A DNA stretch of 53,916 nucleotides, counting the filler, from Circinaria calcarea (lineage: Eukaryota): the NCBI GenBank assembly GCA_051942165.1. It is 4 parts of 4 records of this genome, joined end to end, with 100 filler letters (N's around TTAATTAATTAA, not from the genome) between each part and the next. Parts side by side here need not be neighbours in the genome. Positions count along the whole stretch, not along the records: positions 1 to 13,426 come from JAVECS010000504.1; positions 13,527 to 26,926 come from JAVECS010000505.1; 2 more parts are not named here. One strand, given 5' to 3'. The first letter of the stretch is position 1. Every line of letters begins with the position of its first letter. Position numbers and translations under genes: made by a program. This document shows, piece by piece, positions 12,692 to 25,850 of the stretch. Below the pieces are notes generated by a model, which was not told the DNA's origin, ran no database searches, and saw only the letters and a program-made list of their open reading frames with translations.

Positions 12692-13426
12692 GATTTCACG
12701 CCGAGTATAGACGCTACCTGGCGGGTGTTGAGTGATATTGGATTGATTTCCTTGCTGATCCGTTCTTCTGACTATGACAGCAGTTTACATACGCAACTCA
12801 AAGTCTTGTTATGAAAAGTCGGACTATGGATGAACCTCCGCCCGAACCAATAAGGGTTGATCATATTGGGGGACGTCATTGCCGCCTGACAGATTAGTTA
12901 AAGGGTGCACGTGTCTCATATAACAAGAACTTTTCATTCTATTTAAAGTATGTGCCTGCAGGTTGTCTGAACAGAAACCATTTAGCTCTGCGACTCAACT
13001 GGCCTCTGTGACAGGAGCTCTATGATTGGGATGCTGCTGATTAGTGATGTTCATGTGTAAAACGTTCCGCCTCTGCTCTGACAGATATGGACGTGATCTA
13101 AATTCAATGCGCCGAACGGGTACAGCCCTTTCGACACGGCCACCCGGAACGCGTTCAACTGGCCTATAAGAATTATTGGATAACCTATGAAAGTACCTGG
13201 AACGCGGAAGCGGCCGCCGATAGTCTCGCAGCAGGACAGCCTCGGGAGAACCGTGGCTGGGACACTTTGGCATCAGGACTGTGGGAGCTATTTAGAGCAA
13301 TATGCTCATTCGTACGTTTCCTGTGGAACCTTCGAACCATCTCGAGGACCTTTCTTGAAAGCTGAAATTTGGAGCGGAGGTGTGGGAACTGCCCCGATAA
13401 CGGAAGCCGGAGGTGGAGGTGGAGGT

Positions 13427-13526
13427 NNNNNNNNNNNNNNNNNNNNNNNNNNNNNNNNNNNNNNNNNNNNTTAATTAATTAANNNNNNNNNNNNNNNNNN
13501 NNNNNNNNNNNNNNNNNNNNNNNNNN
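13427..13526. other. Artificial contig linker (N44-TTAATTAATTAA-N44)
   Basis: 100-nt spacer with stops in all six frames, occurring three times in the window. Confidence 0.98.
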
Positions 13527-14543
13527 GCTGCTGCCCATCGTCGCGTGGCCTTGGTGACGTCCGGCGGCACCACCGTACCTCTGGAGCATCAGACCGTCCG
13601 CTTCATTGACAATTTCTCCGCCGGCACTCGGGGAGCCACGTCGGCCGAGTACTTCTTGGAGGCTGGATACGCCGTCATCTTTTTGCATCGGCAGTACTCA
13701 TTGCTTCCCTACGCTCGCCATTATAGCCACTCGACGAACTGCTTCCTCGATTTCATGAGGGAGGGAGATGAGGGCAAGGTCGTTGTTGACGAACAGTATC
13801 AAGAGGAGATGCGGGAAGTGCTGCGGAAATACAGAGCTGCCAAACAGGGAAACCTGCTTCTTTTGCTACCCTTCACCACCGTTACCGATTATCTCTGGAA
13901 CTTGAGAGAAGTCGCAACTACCATGAGGCCTCTGGGATCTGCAGCGATGTTCTACTTGGCCGCCGCCGTCTCGGACTTTTTCGTCCCACGTGAGAGGATG
14001 GCCGAGCATAAAATCCAATCCGGGGAGATAGGCCCCCAGCAGAGTGACGGATCAGGTACAAGCACTTCTTGTCCCCCGGAAGGCAAGAAACTTGTGATTG
14101 ATTTGGATCCCGTCCCAAAGTTTTTGAAGAAGCTGGTTGATACGTGGGCTCCAGAAGGTATGATTGTGAGCTTCAAGCTCGAAACTGATCCTTCTCTCTT
14201 GATCACGAAGGCCCAGAAGGCGCTGCATCGTTACTCGCATCATTTGGTGATTGGAAACCTTTTGTCCACGAGGAAGTGGGAAGTGGTCCTGATTGCGCCT
14301 GGTATGAAGGAGAAATGGATCAGGGTTCCCATGCATCGGCGAGTAAAGAGCTTTTCGGAATCCTCCGTTGCAGTAAATGGTTTCAAGAGTAATGGGTTCA
14401 CGGAGAATGACGATGCTGGAAGTACAGTTGACGGGCCTCTTGAGATTGAATCTATCATAGTTCCAGAGGTTGCAGGAATGCACACTCGTCATATCAAGTC
14501 TGCAATTGCTGAGGGCAGGAATTCCAGTGATGGCCAACAGTAG
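13527..14543 (+). CDS. CAB2: Phosphopantothenate--cysteine ligase, 5'-truncated
   Basis: [58 protein letters not shown] and LVIGNLL are PPCS motifs. Confidence 0.95.
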   Translation, partial: AAAHRRVALVTSGGTTVPLEHQTVRFIDNFSAGTRGATSAEYFLEAGYAVIFLHRQYSLLPYARHYSHSTNCFLDFMREGDEGKVVVDEQYQEEMREVLRKYRAAKQGNLLLLLPFTTVTDYLWNLREVATTMRPLGSAAMFYLAAAVSDFFVPRERMAEHKIQSGEIGPQQSDGSGTSTSCPPEGKKLVIDLDPVPKFLKKLVDTWAPEGMIVSFKLETDPSLLITKAQKALHRYSHHLVIGNLLSTRKWEVVLIAPGMKEKWIRVPMHRRVKSFSESSVAVNGFKSNGFTENDDAGSTVDGPLEIESIIVPEVAGMHTRHIKSAIAEGRNSSDGQQ

Positions 14544-14906
14544 GTATCATACAAGCCTTTTGCTACCGTTTCTCGCCCACAGATGGTTAGGTCAATATGT
14601 GCAGAAATCAGAGGCTAAAGGCATATGTGCTGGGTTTCCGGAACTACTGTCGGTCAGGGCCGACGTTCATCTCCTTATTTAGCGAACAAGAGAATACAAA
14701 GAACACACTAGATGCATGTACCCTAAGATATACAACACCTTGATCTCAACTTTTATAAGACACCTGTAATTTCAGGCTATCGATCAAATTTGGTTGAAAA
14801 AGTGCTACTTCCTTACAGAAACACATCGTTGCTGATGACCAAATAGGAGTCTTTGTCACGGCATCTTCAAGACGACTACGTAGCATTTGGTACAAAAGCC
14901 AGCAAG

Positions 14907-16796
14907 ATGCCTTCGGCGAGGAGCTCATCTACCGGTGAATCTCTAGAGAGCAGTTCCGTGGACATTATCACTGATACACTTACTGCAACCCACCTTGGCA
15001 ACGAAGGCGAAGGTGAGCAAGATGAACAACCGTCGCAGGCAAGGAAGATCCTTCGACCTAAAGGCAACGCTCAGGCGCTAGAATACAGTGACCATATGAG
15101 TTTCCTTTCGGGTGCAAGATCAAATAAGACCGACGCAGCGGGGAGCGCGTTTCTCGATCAAGAGCTCATAACGACCCCTCTCTTTTCCGGTGCTGTGTTG
15201 AGTAATTCTTCCTCAAGTCTACAGACCAACAAGGCCATCACCTTTCCTCAATATGGACTGTTAGCAGAGAGATATCCGGATTACCAGAGCAGATCCACTG
15301 ACCTCATACTCGACATGGACGAGCATGATGGTAACAGCGTCACACCAGCTGGCAGTATAGATCCTCGCCTCTTCTTGAATGTCAACACACCTTGGTCGGC
15401 ATTCATCTGTGGATCGCAAGGATCTGGAAAGAGCCATACTTTATCCTGTATGCTTGAAAATTGTCTCATTCCCTCCAAGCTTGGAAAGCTTCCCAATCCG
15501 CTGGCGGCTATTGTATTTCACTACGACCGCTTCACATCTTATTCAAGCAGCCAAGTATGCGAAGCAGCATATCTCTGCTCCTCTGGCATTCCAGTGAGAG
15601 TCTTGGTGTCTCCTACGAACTTCTGGCGGATGAAGGAGAACTATCTAAACCTCCCAGGTCTGCCACCGTCCGCAAGGAAACCAGAGGTCATACCACTTTT
15701 ATTCCAGGAAAAGCACCTCGATGTTGAAAGGATGATGAATTTGATGGCTGTCCATGAGAAGGCCGGACCGGTCCCCCTCTACATTGAGGTATTTTCTTGA
15801 TTAAACCCTATCAGCCCTGTCTCTAATATGGTCTAGGTGATTCTCAGACTCCTGCGACAGATGGCGATGGAGACTCAAGGTGCTCCTGGTTTGAACTATA
15901 CTGCATTCCGGCGGCGCCTCGCTTTGGAAAACTTTACCAAGGATCAAAATGGGCCATTAAAACTACGTCTGGATCTTCTTGAAAGTTTTATGGAACAACC
16001 ACGGAAACCGGGATCTGAATTTGATCCCGCTGCAAAGCCATTTTTCGCAGATACCAAGAATGGCAGGAAAGCAGCCAGAGAATGGGAGGCTCAAGAGGCA
16101 GAAAGAATTCGTACGGAAGATGAAAAGAAGTCGAAGGTATGGCTATTCCAGCCTGGATCTTTGACTATAGTGGATCTTAGTTGCCCGTTTGTCGATGATT
16201 CAGCTGCCTGCGCATTATTCAACATTTGTCTAGCGCTCTTTTTAGAAAACCGTGGCGACGTGGGCAGAGTCGTAGCGCTTGATGAAGCTCATAAGGTAAT
16301 GAACCTACCTAATTGCTCTCTGTATTACTTACATCTTAATCACCCTTAGTTCATGACCGAGAACGATTCGGCATCGACGTTTACGCAAAACTTACTGCAA
16401 GTGATACGTCAGCAGCGGCACCTTGCAACACGTATCATCATCGCAACCCAAGAGCCCACCATCTCCCCCAGGCTCCTTGATCTCTGCACAATTACAATTG
16501 TTCATCGGTTCACCTCGCCTGTATGGATGAAGGCGCTTCAGACCCATCTCGCAGGCGCGTCGGATATCGAAGACGAAACCAAGCGCAATATCATGGAGAT
16601 CTTCAAGACGGTTGTCAATCTTGAGGCGGGGGAAGCTTTACTGTTTTCCCCAGCCGCGATGCTAGATCTGGTGAATGGAAATGTGAGGGAGAGGGTTGCC
16701 GGTAAAATGGCAACAAAATTGGGCATGCACTATATCAAGATGCGTGTCAGGAAGAGACTTACAGCGGATGGAGGGAAAAGCATTTTAGCGATTTGA
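14907..16796 (+). CDS. HerA/FtsK-like P-loop ATPase; exons 14907-15788, 15837-16295, 16350-16796
   Basis: Walker A GSQGSGKS, Walker B VVALDEAHKFM, and IRQQRH..IIIATQEP as in the HerA/FtsK superfamily. Two phase-0 GT..AG introns. Confidence 0.85.
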
Positions 16797-17265
16797 TATA
16801 GGAGATTGTCAGCAGGAATCGCATTGACGAGACTTCAAAAGGCGATACTCTCCATGTGTATGTTAATTGATTTTCTCGTAATCACTTTTACCTGAGCCTA
16901 CAAGTGTTCCAGGCAGAATGAACCTTCACAACTTATTTGCTCATACTTTTCTATATAAAGCAGTAAGATTGCCAGAGTCTATTTTTGTGAACGAACATAT
17001 TGATTTGTTTATTGAAGAGATTAAGCGAGGAATATCACCTATAGCACCACCCCATCTAACACCTAACCGACTTTCTACATTCTGTTTGACGCGATCACGA
17101 CTGCTATTACTTCTTCATCCAGATTAGTTTGAACAGGCCAAAAACCACTGCTCACAACCTCATAGCTTATCGTGAGTACAATCCCGCTGAGGATACATAT
17201 GGACATTATTGACGGCTCACAGAGCAATGACCTCGGCGCTGGTAACAGCTGTGCAGCAATCGACA

Positions 17266-18607
17266 ATGGCGGTACCTAGTCAGCCAGTTTCCATTATAGA
17301 ACGTATGCCCACGGAGCTGCGCTTACAGGTCTATGTAAGTATGATCTGACGGCAAGTCATATTTGAAAATCTTTCAAACCCCCTATGTATAGGCGTATGC
17401 TATAATAGGGTAGTGATGGTGCTGGAAACTTCACGTTCATACCATGCCGCAACGTGGCATGTTATTTGGAAGGCTTGATGTGCTCATTTATGTTACCTAG
17501 GGCTATCTTCTTCATCATACGTACACAACACATACCAAAGAGATGCTCGAGAAGCCGGATTTCGAGCGTTGGACGCAACCCCGCTGTTTGGTGCACAGGT
17601 TCCACACGCAGATCTTTAGGGTCAACAAAGCTATTGGCTATGAATCGTTCGAATTCTTCCACCAGGCAAATGACTTCGTGGTCGTCTCCTCCAATAGAGG
17701 ATGGTTCACTAGTCCGGCTGCTAGCACCGTGATGCCTATCGTTTCGAGTCCTCTGATCGCAAATCTTACAAGATACCAGCTTAAGGTCCATCTGGATGTT
17801 GATTACGCAGTCTCGAAAGAAAATGGCGGGGACCTCAAGTTCTCTGCCTTTGCCGCGGCTCATCTTAAGCTCTTCACCAAAGCTTTGAGGCGTGGTATGC
17901 TGTTTGGATACCGAACGTTTGGAGTCAAGATTCATTTGGACGTTCGTCAACTAAACCTGCTCAAACATTTTCACCGACTGCATTACTTCAATGCTGCTTC
18001 CATTTCCGGAGTGGTAGATGCAGCATCGGCAGATGGAGTCAAACGAACCTTAGAATCCAGGCCACCGATCGGACATTATGTTCTAAAGGAGGTAGAACGT
18101 CTCGAGAAAAAGGCCATTGCATTGACTGAAACTGAAGGCAGCAACAAGGATGCTGATAGCAAGCTTTCAACTGCTCAGTCTTTGCTGTTAACAATGGTCG
18201 GACTCGATCTGCCGGAACATGTCCTCAGACGGGAAATAGGTTGCAACATTGTTTGGAATGAGCTGAAGCGGCTATTCCTCAAACTGGAGATCACAAGGAC
18301 GCTCGTCAAAGTCAAGCTGGGGGATTTCGGAGACGCGTTGAAGCGTGGAAATCTGACCCTAAATATGTTACTCCTTCTACCTGCCCTGGCCGATTTCCCT
18401 GCCGAGTTGACTGCGCGACTATACTATCATCTTGCCCTCGCACATTTGGGTATAGCCGAGGTTGAAGCTTCTCCTCCGAATAGGAGAAGGAACCTCCATC
18501 TGGTGCACGCTTTTGAGTACTTGGTCCGAGGTCTGGAGATTGCCCCTAACGACCTCGATATCAAAGGAAAACTTGATGCGCTCCGTCGCCAGTCGTTGCC
18601 GGGCTGA
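17266..18607 (+). CDS. F-box-like N-terminus + C-terminal TPR-like helices; exons 17266-17334, 17501-18607
   Basis: Splicing GTAAGT..CCTAG gives ERMPTELRLQVY-GYLL (F-box-like). The C-terminus ARLYYHLALAHLG...AFEYLVRGLEIAPND is TPR-like. Confidence 0.65.
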
Positions 18608-19460
18608 GGAGAGCGAGCAAAGGAATTTGAGGTTTGAACCACTCTCAGTCTCCTAGACAGGACCAGGCCGAGGAGCATTGATGGAAAGACAGTATCTGGG
18701 ATGGGACGTATGGAGATTGATCTAATATTTGCGAGTATCCAAGGCGTCGATGTCAAAGAAACCATGGTGTCTTAGACTCAAGCTCCTAAAGCGAAAAACA
18801 TTCCATCCGGAGCAAACATAGTCTTCTGATGCAGCGACAGCTGAAAATGTCGTGACTTGATGGCCCATGGCACGTAGATACAATACCGAGACTATTAGGC
18901 TGTCACCTTGCTCCGAAGATGCCCCTTTGGTCTTCTGTGCAATGCTTCTTCTGGCAGCAGATTGACTGGAAAGCAATTGCCAAGACCTTCTCGGCCTGCT
19001 GTCAGCAAGATGATACCGGATGACAAAATCTCTTTGCCGGCAATAGTCATACAATGTGATAAAGCCAAGTCTTCCCACCGATTCTCTTTCGCCGGCTTTT
19101 GTAGAAAGGGGTTTAATTCGACTACTAGTTCTAGCGGATATGCACCTGAGGTTACGGTCGATTTGCTTTTTCACGTCCAATACCACCTCAAATCTGGAAT
19201 TCATTGCAGTGGAGCATCCCCGTTCGTTCATGCGCAAAGGTATCACAAGCTGACTCCCCCGCCGTCGTACATCTCCACCTATTCTAGCGCCATTGGCGCC
19301 GGTGCAGTATGACAATGCCTCTTCCTACCGCGATGCTACTCTGTCCCAGACCTTGGAGTATAAAAACCTAACCTCCGCTCTTCTTCCTTCCCCTCGAGCA
19401 AACCAGTCCTCTGGATATTATTGCAATAGATACGTGCAGGGAATTGTTAATCTTGTCAGC

Positions 19461-20222
19461 ATGCCTAGCACCAAGAAAGTCGGCACTGCGGGCGACGCCA
19501 ATGCTGCCATCGGTGGAGTCCCTACCATCCATTACCTTGACTTCAAGTCTCGAGGCCGTGGCCAGGTCGTCCGCCTCCTGTTCGAGGACGCCGGAATTGC
19601 ATACGAGGATATTCGCTACTCCTTCGACGAGTTCCCCAAGGCCAAGGAGACCACACTCTCGAGCATGAATCCGACCAAGACCATCCCCGTCATTGAGCTC
19701 AATGGCAAGACCTTGATCCAGAGCTACGCCATCATCAGGCATATCGGAAGACTGCTGGGGAAATACGACGGAGAGACGGAGGATGAGAAATACTGGGCCG
19801 ATGCCATGTGCGACATTGCCATCGACTGTATGTTTCGTCCTTCCCATGCTCCTTTATCCCCAAATGTATCCCATGGGCGCTGACTGGGAGTAGGGCGAAC
19901 TCTTTTCGTACAAGCCGTCTTTGCGCCTACAAGTCCTGACCATTACGCCAATCACCAGAAGACCGATAGAAACCGTTTCCTCCAAGCCTTTGAAACCCAT
20001 CTCACCTCACGAGATCACGAGTTTTCCCAAGGTCCTTATGTCATTGGGAAGAACATCACCTATGCGGACTTGGTCATTTATCAGATCTGTCACGATGAAG
20101 AGTTGACGCAGAATGGAAGGCAGGGTTTGAAGGAATACCCGCGTTTGAAGAAGTTGGTGGATGCTGTCGAGGCACGCCCGAACGTGAAGGCTTTCTTGGA
20201 AAGTGACAGGTACTTGGGATAG
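19461..20222 (+). CDS. Glutathione S-transferase; exons 19461-19827, 19894-20222
   Basis: IHYLDFKSRGRGQVVRLLFEDAG, TIPVIE, QSYAIIRHIGR, and C-domain YVIGKNITYADLVIYQ..YPRLKKLVDAVEARPNVKAFL. Confidence 0.93.
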
Positions 20223-20635
20223 GACGTTAAGATGTCGACGAGGCGTTGAAGAAGCTGTCTGGAAATTACAAAATCATTCACCGAGGAATGCCAGGCCAAC
20301 TATCCAGTTTGAGTGAATCAGACTGTCCGTCTCCACGCTGAATACTCTTCAATAAACTTCTCGTCCTAGACATTTCCAAAGGCGTGACAAGTAATTAAAG
20401 TCTTCCCTTAATTTCCCACTTTCTATGATTAGGCTACATTCCTTATCGTGTTCGCTAGGATGTTCAACATATCAGTCCTGGCCATTTGCATTCTTCGCGT
20501 TATTACCTTGTTTACGTGGCGGGTAGAAATACTAAGCCCTTTATTTTTCAATGCAAGTATACTTTCTTTATATCAATGTATCTGCCTCACGACCCCTAAC
20601 ACTAGCTGGCAGCAGTGTGCTGCAGTTTCTTCACC

Positions 20636-21781
20636 ATGCGAGTTTTAATCTTCTTAGGGAGTTTTCCATTTCTTCCAATGCCATTCGCCCAAGCATCTGC
20701 CGAGCTCGGAAATCTATTTCACGATAGCCCGAGACCTCAATTTATCCGCCGCGCCAACGTCTCCACTATTACAGAGGAAACTACCACTACCCGCGCTTCC
20801 CTCACGACCACCATCACCGCTCTCACCATCGTCACCCCCTCCCCCTCTGCCTCCGCCATTGCAATAACCTCTCAAAGCCAGCTCGTAACATCTTATATCC
20901 CCCAACTAACCGCCTGCCCAATCGTGACCTACGGCTCTCCGCTCGCGAAACGCCAGATTCCTCATATCTCAGGGCCTATATATTCATATTCCAATAGCTC
21001 CAGATCGACAACCAAGCCGTCCCCTTCATGCTCCGTCCTCTATTCCCCAACTGTTACACCAATCTGCCATACCACGCTTACCCCACTCGGTGGTATTCCA
21101 ACCACTATCACAGCCTGCGACCAGAATATTGCGTTCAAAACCGATTACGGACATTACTACCCTTCTAATGGTACAGTGGGGCTGGTGCCCACGACGTATG
21201 TAGCGCCTTGGGATGGTGTCATTACGGGTGTGCCGACAGGGGCGGTGCTAGCGTATGTTTGCCCATCAGGTGAAGCGTGTACAGAGTATGCGGAGACTTG
21301 GTATACGGAGGTCTTTCAGGCGACCGAGACGAGTATGAGTACGGTGGATATTAATACCGTTGTTACGGGGGTGAGTTTCCTCTCCCAATATAAGCCTTCA
21401 TCTTCTATCACTCCTTTCCTTGTAACTCTCTTATCTCTTCTCATCCAACGCTGGCTTGCGGCTTACACAACTCCTAATACCCAGCCGCTCGAACTCCTCA
21501 TCCCGCCCTCCCGAACCCTAACCCTCTCCTCCGCCACTCCAACCACGATCTCCATCTCGACGACTTTCCCCGTCGAAACAACTTTTCCCTCAACAATTAT
21601 AATCCAAGATACCTATCTCGCGTCTCCGACTTCGACGATGGCACGGGAAGGGGTAAGCGCGGGGACAGGATCAGGATTGACCACGACGATCCATCTGACG
21701 AGCACGAGTACGAGGTTTGTAACCTTGGAGGCAGAGACGGCGTCTGCGGAGACAACCGGGGCTGCGAGTACGGTGTCATGA
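20636..21781 (+). CDS. Secreted Ser/Thr-rich cell-surface protein; probable intron 21371-21484
   Basis: Hydrophobic N-terminus, T/S-rich with a few Cys. GTGAGT..CTAAT..CAG in-frame 114-nt intron. Confidence 0.7.
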   Translation: MRVLIFLGSFPFLPMPFAQASAELGNLFHDSPRPQFIRRANVSTITEETTTTRASLTTTITALTIVTPSPSASAIAITSQSQLVTSYIPQLTACPIVTYGSPLAKRQIPHISGPIYSYSNSSRSTTKPSPSCSVLYSPTVTPICHTTLTPLGGIPTTITACDQNIAFKTDYGHYYPSNGTVGLVPTTYVAPWDGVITGVPTGAVLAYVCPSGEACTEYAETWYTEVFQATETSMSTVDINTVVTGVSFLSQYKPSSSITPFLVTLLSLLIQRWLAAYTTPNTQPLELLIPPSRTLTLSSATPTTISISTTFPVETTFPSTIIIQDTYLASPTSTMAREGVSAGTGSGLTTTIHLTSTSTRFVTLEAETASAETTGAASTVS

Positions 21782-24700
21782 AGGAGAATGAAAGGATGGA
21801 GAGAAGAGGGCGGAATGCGGAGTTTGGGGCGACGGATGTAGACGGCCTCACGAATGGATGGAGAGGCGGATACTGGGCATCTGGTCTTGGTCTGGTTTAG
21901 TGCTGTGAAGACGAAGGGTGTACGATTTGCTTTGTATTCTCGGGGGAGATTTTGCCCTTTTCGTGTATATCTTCATCTATTAAGAACTCATGCTTTTCGC
22001 GCAGATGCCGTGACTTTCGGATTCTGTGATTCAGTTCTCTAGCCCATCTCATTCACCGTCGATGAATCAAATGCTACTAACTGGTGCCTACGTGGCTAAA
22101 TCAATTGCTCCATCACAAGTATCGCCAGTGGGTGGATGCCTTGTATATATGAATTCTCTTTGTCTACGAGAGATTCAGCTTTTAGTACCTCAGTACCAAA
22201 GCCACTCTCCTTGCCCGTGGCCCCGCTTATCCGACTTCCTCCCCCATCGAATACTACTGATACGGGATTCTTGACGTATGTCTCGAACCGTGCATATCCA
22301 TCTCAAGTGTTCTCAGTCCCGGAGCAGGGAGTAGAATCTGCTCTACGCTTCTCTGGCTTAAGGGGCCTTGCATCTATCCTATCTGGTGACGTTTACCAAA
22401 AACACATACAAGGGATTGAATGGGACCATCACTCAACGAGACGTGTATCCAACTCGTGGTTGCCCTCCTCCGCTAGCCCGGTATTGTTTTTATCGGGTAT
22501 GCTTACGCAGAGATCATCGATCGTCATCTCAATCTCACAGGAACAATCTCCCTCGCTGCAGCGATTCCAGTGTTCTTGGCATTGAAGCTATCACTCTCTT
22601 CCACACATCTTTCTTCCCTCAGGACGGAGACTTACTACTGATTCTTACAGCTTCTACAAAGTTAGCGGATATCCCATGGTGCACGGCTGTGTTAATAGCG
22701 CAACTGAAAGTAGGAATGAGAAAGCGGCAACGAAACACGGTTTGCAGCTCTGTTCTATGTTTAGACGGAATCTTTAAGTATATACGCAGGGGGTGCCAAG
22801 TCGAATAGCAGTAAAGGCAGCGGGTCGACGTTCCCAAGACTTGGTGAAAGGGATCGGTTTTACGAACTATAGAGTATTATTCGGCTCGAGACGCGTATAG
22901 CAACAAGTGCCTCTTAAATCCCACAAACAAATAAAATAAACTCACAAGCATCTAACGTTATAGAGAGAAAAAAGCTTGCCGCTAGAGGACAGATTTTCAA
23001 GAGAGTTGGAGGGGAGAAAGGGAAAAAAATAGATGATAGTTCACTAAGCTGGGGAGGCGTTGAGTAGATAGTCGGTGGACGGGGATGATCTCTTCTCTCT
23101 TCAGTATTGCCATTGATTACGGTATTGAACGTAAGTGACCTCCAGACGTTAATATGCTGGGTGCTAAAGTCGTATATAGAAACAAATAGCTATATGTCAA
23201 ACGTGAGTGTGAAGGAGCATAAGAAATATCGAATAATCTTACCGAACCACTGGAAAAGAGATTACCCAATATCTTTTTACGCAGCAGGGGATCCCGACAC
23301 CCTAGAACCTATCGAAAATTGGGCAGACTGGCTTTCTAGCCAGAAAAAAATCGAGTGTATAAGTTCCTACTAATAACAAGCGTTTCGCCATATGGTAGCC
23401 GAATACTTTACATTCCACCACGGCCTGACAACACATACATGCAAGTTCAACGACCAAGGAATCCTGAAAGGCCAAATGGGGGACTACCTGACGCAAAGGG
23501 AGCTCATATCCCCTCTGACAGATGTAGAGGTAATAGTATACTTACTTTCTTATTAAACGGCAGACGAAGCGAATAATCTCGAATCTAACCAACCAGGGCT
23601 ATCCAAGAGCTGCGGGAAATTATTGAGGCGGAGCTATAGGTTACACTTATCGATCTTACCGTGTAATAGCTCAGACTCGGAGTTGATAGGGCTAACAGAC
23701 GATCCCAAAGAACAATGATTATTGTTAAAAATCAAGGGGGTTGCGCCGCCGCAAAGCTAGTTATCGATACCGATCCTCTTTTATACCAACTGACACACGA
23801 AGTTGAGCATTGGTTCATTCAACTATTTGGCACAAGTGTGATTTGATACGTAGTTGCAAGGTACCGGTTTTTCACTCGTGCGGTCCAAATCTATAAAGAC
23901 GAAGAACGAATAATCATGATTAATGATTACGACCACCTTTACGTGCTGCGGTATAATCAATGGAACCACTTTCTTGGGTTATATAGAGCGGTGGGTTATA
24001 GGAGCCGAAATTATATACAACGAGTCTCAGACGAACAGAACAAGAATGCTGGTCAACAAATCACGGTATAGGTATACTTCTCCGCCGCAGAAATTGTAAG
24101 AATTAGTAACAATTAATTAGAATAATTAGCAAGCGACTCTCGGGATCGCGCCATGGCACGAATGTTCGATCCCGAGGAGCTGGCCGTCCAAAACCCTATG
24201 CAATTCAATAGCGGATAGACGACTCCTAGTCAACTAACCTCAGGTACGGAAATAGTGTTACAAGTGGTAATAATAAAAGATCAAAGGAAAAATAGATAGA
24301 AAAAAGAAAGAAAACTATTAGTAGTCATGAGGTTATCAAAAGAGCGCGAAACATGGTGATACAAATTAGTTAAGAGCAAGGAAAAACGCGGTGGATATAT
24401 ATTATAATAAAGCGGAGGCACGAAGGCATAATTTTAAAATAAGATCGAGGCCTTTCGATACTTATTGAGCATTCGTTAAATTCATATTATGAAGGTATGT
24501 TAATTTGCGAGATTATTAACCTCTATAGCGACGACGATAAGTTAAAGCCTATAGAGGTATTTATCCAGACGAATCTGACCCCGAGAAAATATTCAATTTC
24601 GAAATTTAGCAGTCACAACGAGGTATAATAAATACTTGAAGGAGAAATTATAATGTTCGAGAATATTCCCGACCTGGTAAGGTTGACCCAGAATATTACA

Positions 24701-25720
24701 CTCGGTGTAATATTCCGCTCCCGCTCGCAACGTATGTCCAATAGAATGGTCGACCGGCGGATGCAAAATTAATAACTGGGCCATTCTCGTTCTCTGAGCC
24801 AAGAATTAGAGACTTGGTGAGTGTCCTATTTAACACTAGGCCTGGATCTTAGGTCGATATCATAATCATGGGAAAAGATGGCCTGAAGAACGAAGTTGCC
24901 GGACCGCCGCGTTAAGAAATTTTGGCTTTCTCCTTGTATCACGCCCGAGACATTGGAAGAAGAAGCAAGCGAGGCAGATCACGACAAGGGAGGGTGAGAA
25001 CCAGCTACTCTTACTCCTCGGCACAAAAAGCCTTCCGTTTTGTTGAACAAAGCCTTAAATAGGCCCCGCTCACGCGAGACCCGACCTTCGTTGAAGAAGC
25101 TGGATATCTGCATCCTCCTCCCCTCACTGCCGCCACATCCATACACACTTAAGTCCTTGTCTTTAACCCATTCTCCGGTCATGTCTAATCCAATGTCGCT
25201 AATGAGCACAGCTCTCTCCTCTGTGCCTAGCACTCTAAGTCAGTATGAAACTTTGCGAATAGTTTAGTTGCAGCTATGATGCTATCGCGGCGAGGGCCAA
25301 GACAACAAAACGATTGCAGCCCTAGAAGCCTTCGTCAAAACACTTACCTCGTGACGGTGCCCCGTTTTGTGAAAAGCTGTAGGAAGTGGCGGCATAAGAA
25401 CAAGAAGTATATCGAGGAAGGGATTAAATACGGGAAAGAAAGAGCAGGAGAGAGAGCGAGTGGGAATAGAAATACGCAAACTAAAAGTGAGAGATGTATC
25501 ATCACAAATACGATAGGTCCGAGCATAGGGTAATGGTCGAGGAGAGAAAAGCCAAAAAGGCCGCGACGTGTTTGGCAGCACAGCAGGAGTCTCAGAACTT
25601 ACTGCAATGGAAAGGCATCCCTCTTCGAAATGATGAACTGCTACCATCGTCTCTAATGGACGACACCATACCGGACGCACCAATCTCCCAAGAAGAAGTA
25701 TAGCTATTGGAACCAGTTAG

Positions 25721-25850
25721 TGTTGGAAGTCATAGGGCTTTCCGAGGCATAGGAGGTCCATGCTCAACACTTCTAGACATACCATAAAAGCACTTTTTCG
25801 TAGCATAAGTAGTTGTTTAGTTACATACTTAGGTAGTAATGCCACCATAT
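25721..25850 (+). repeat. Dispersed repeat copy 2 (similar to 8686-8828)
   Basis: Identical 17-mer GAGGTCCATGCTCAACA plus colinear flanking similarity. Confidence 0.75.

Noticed and set aside
13427..13526. TTAATTAATTAA palindrome within N runs (three copies)
   Set aside because: Artificial concatenation linker; ORFs crossing it and gene neighbourhoods across it are artefacts.
18722..19460. Overlapping ORFs upstream of GST and the N-terminal GST extension
   Set aside because: Non-ATG or motif-less; the GST domain begins after ATG 19461.
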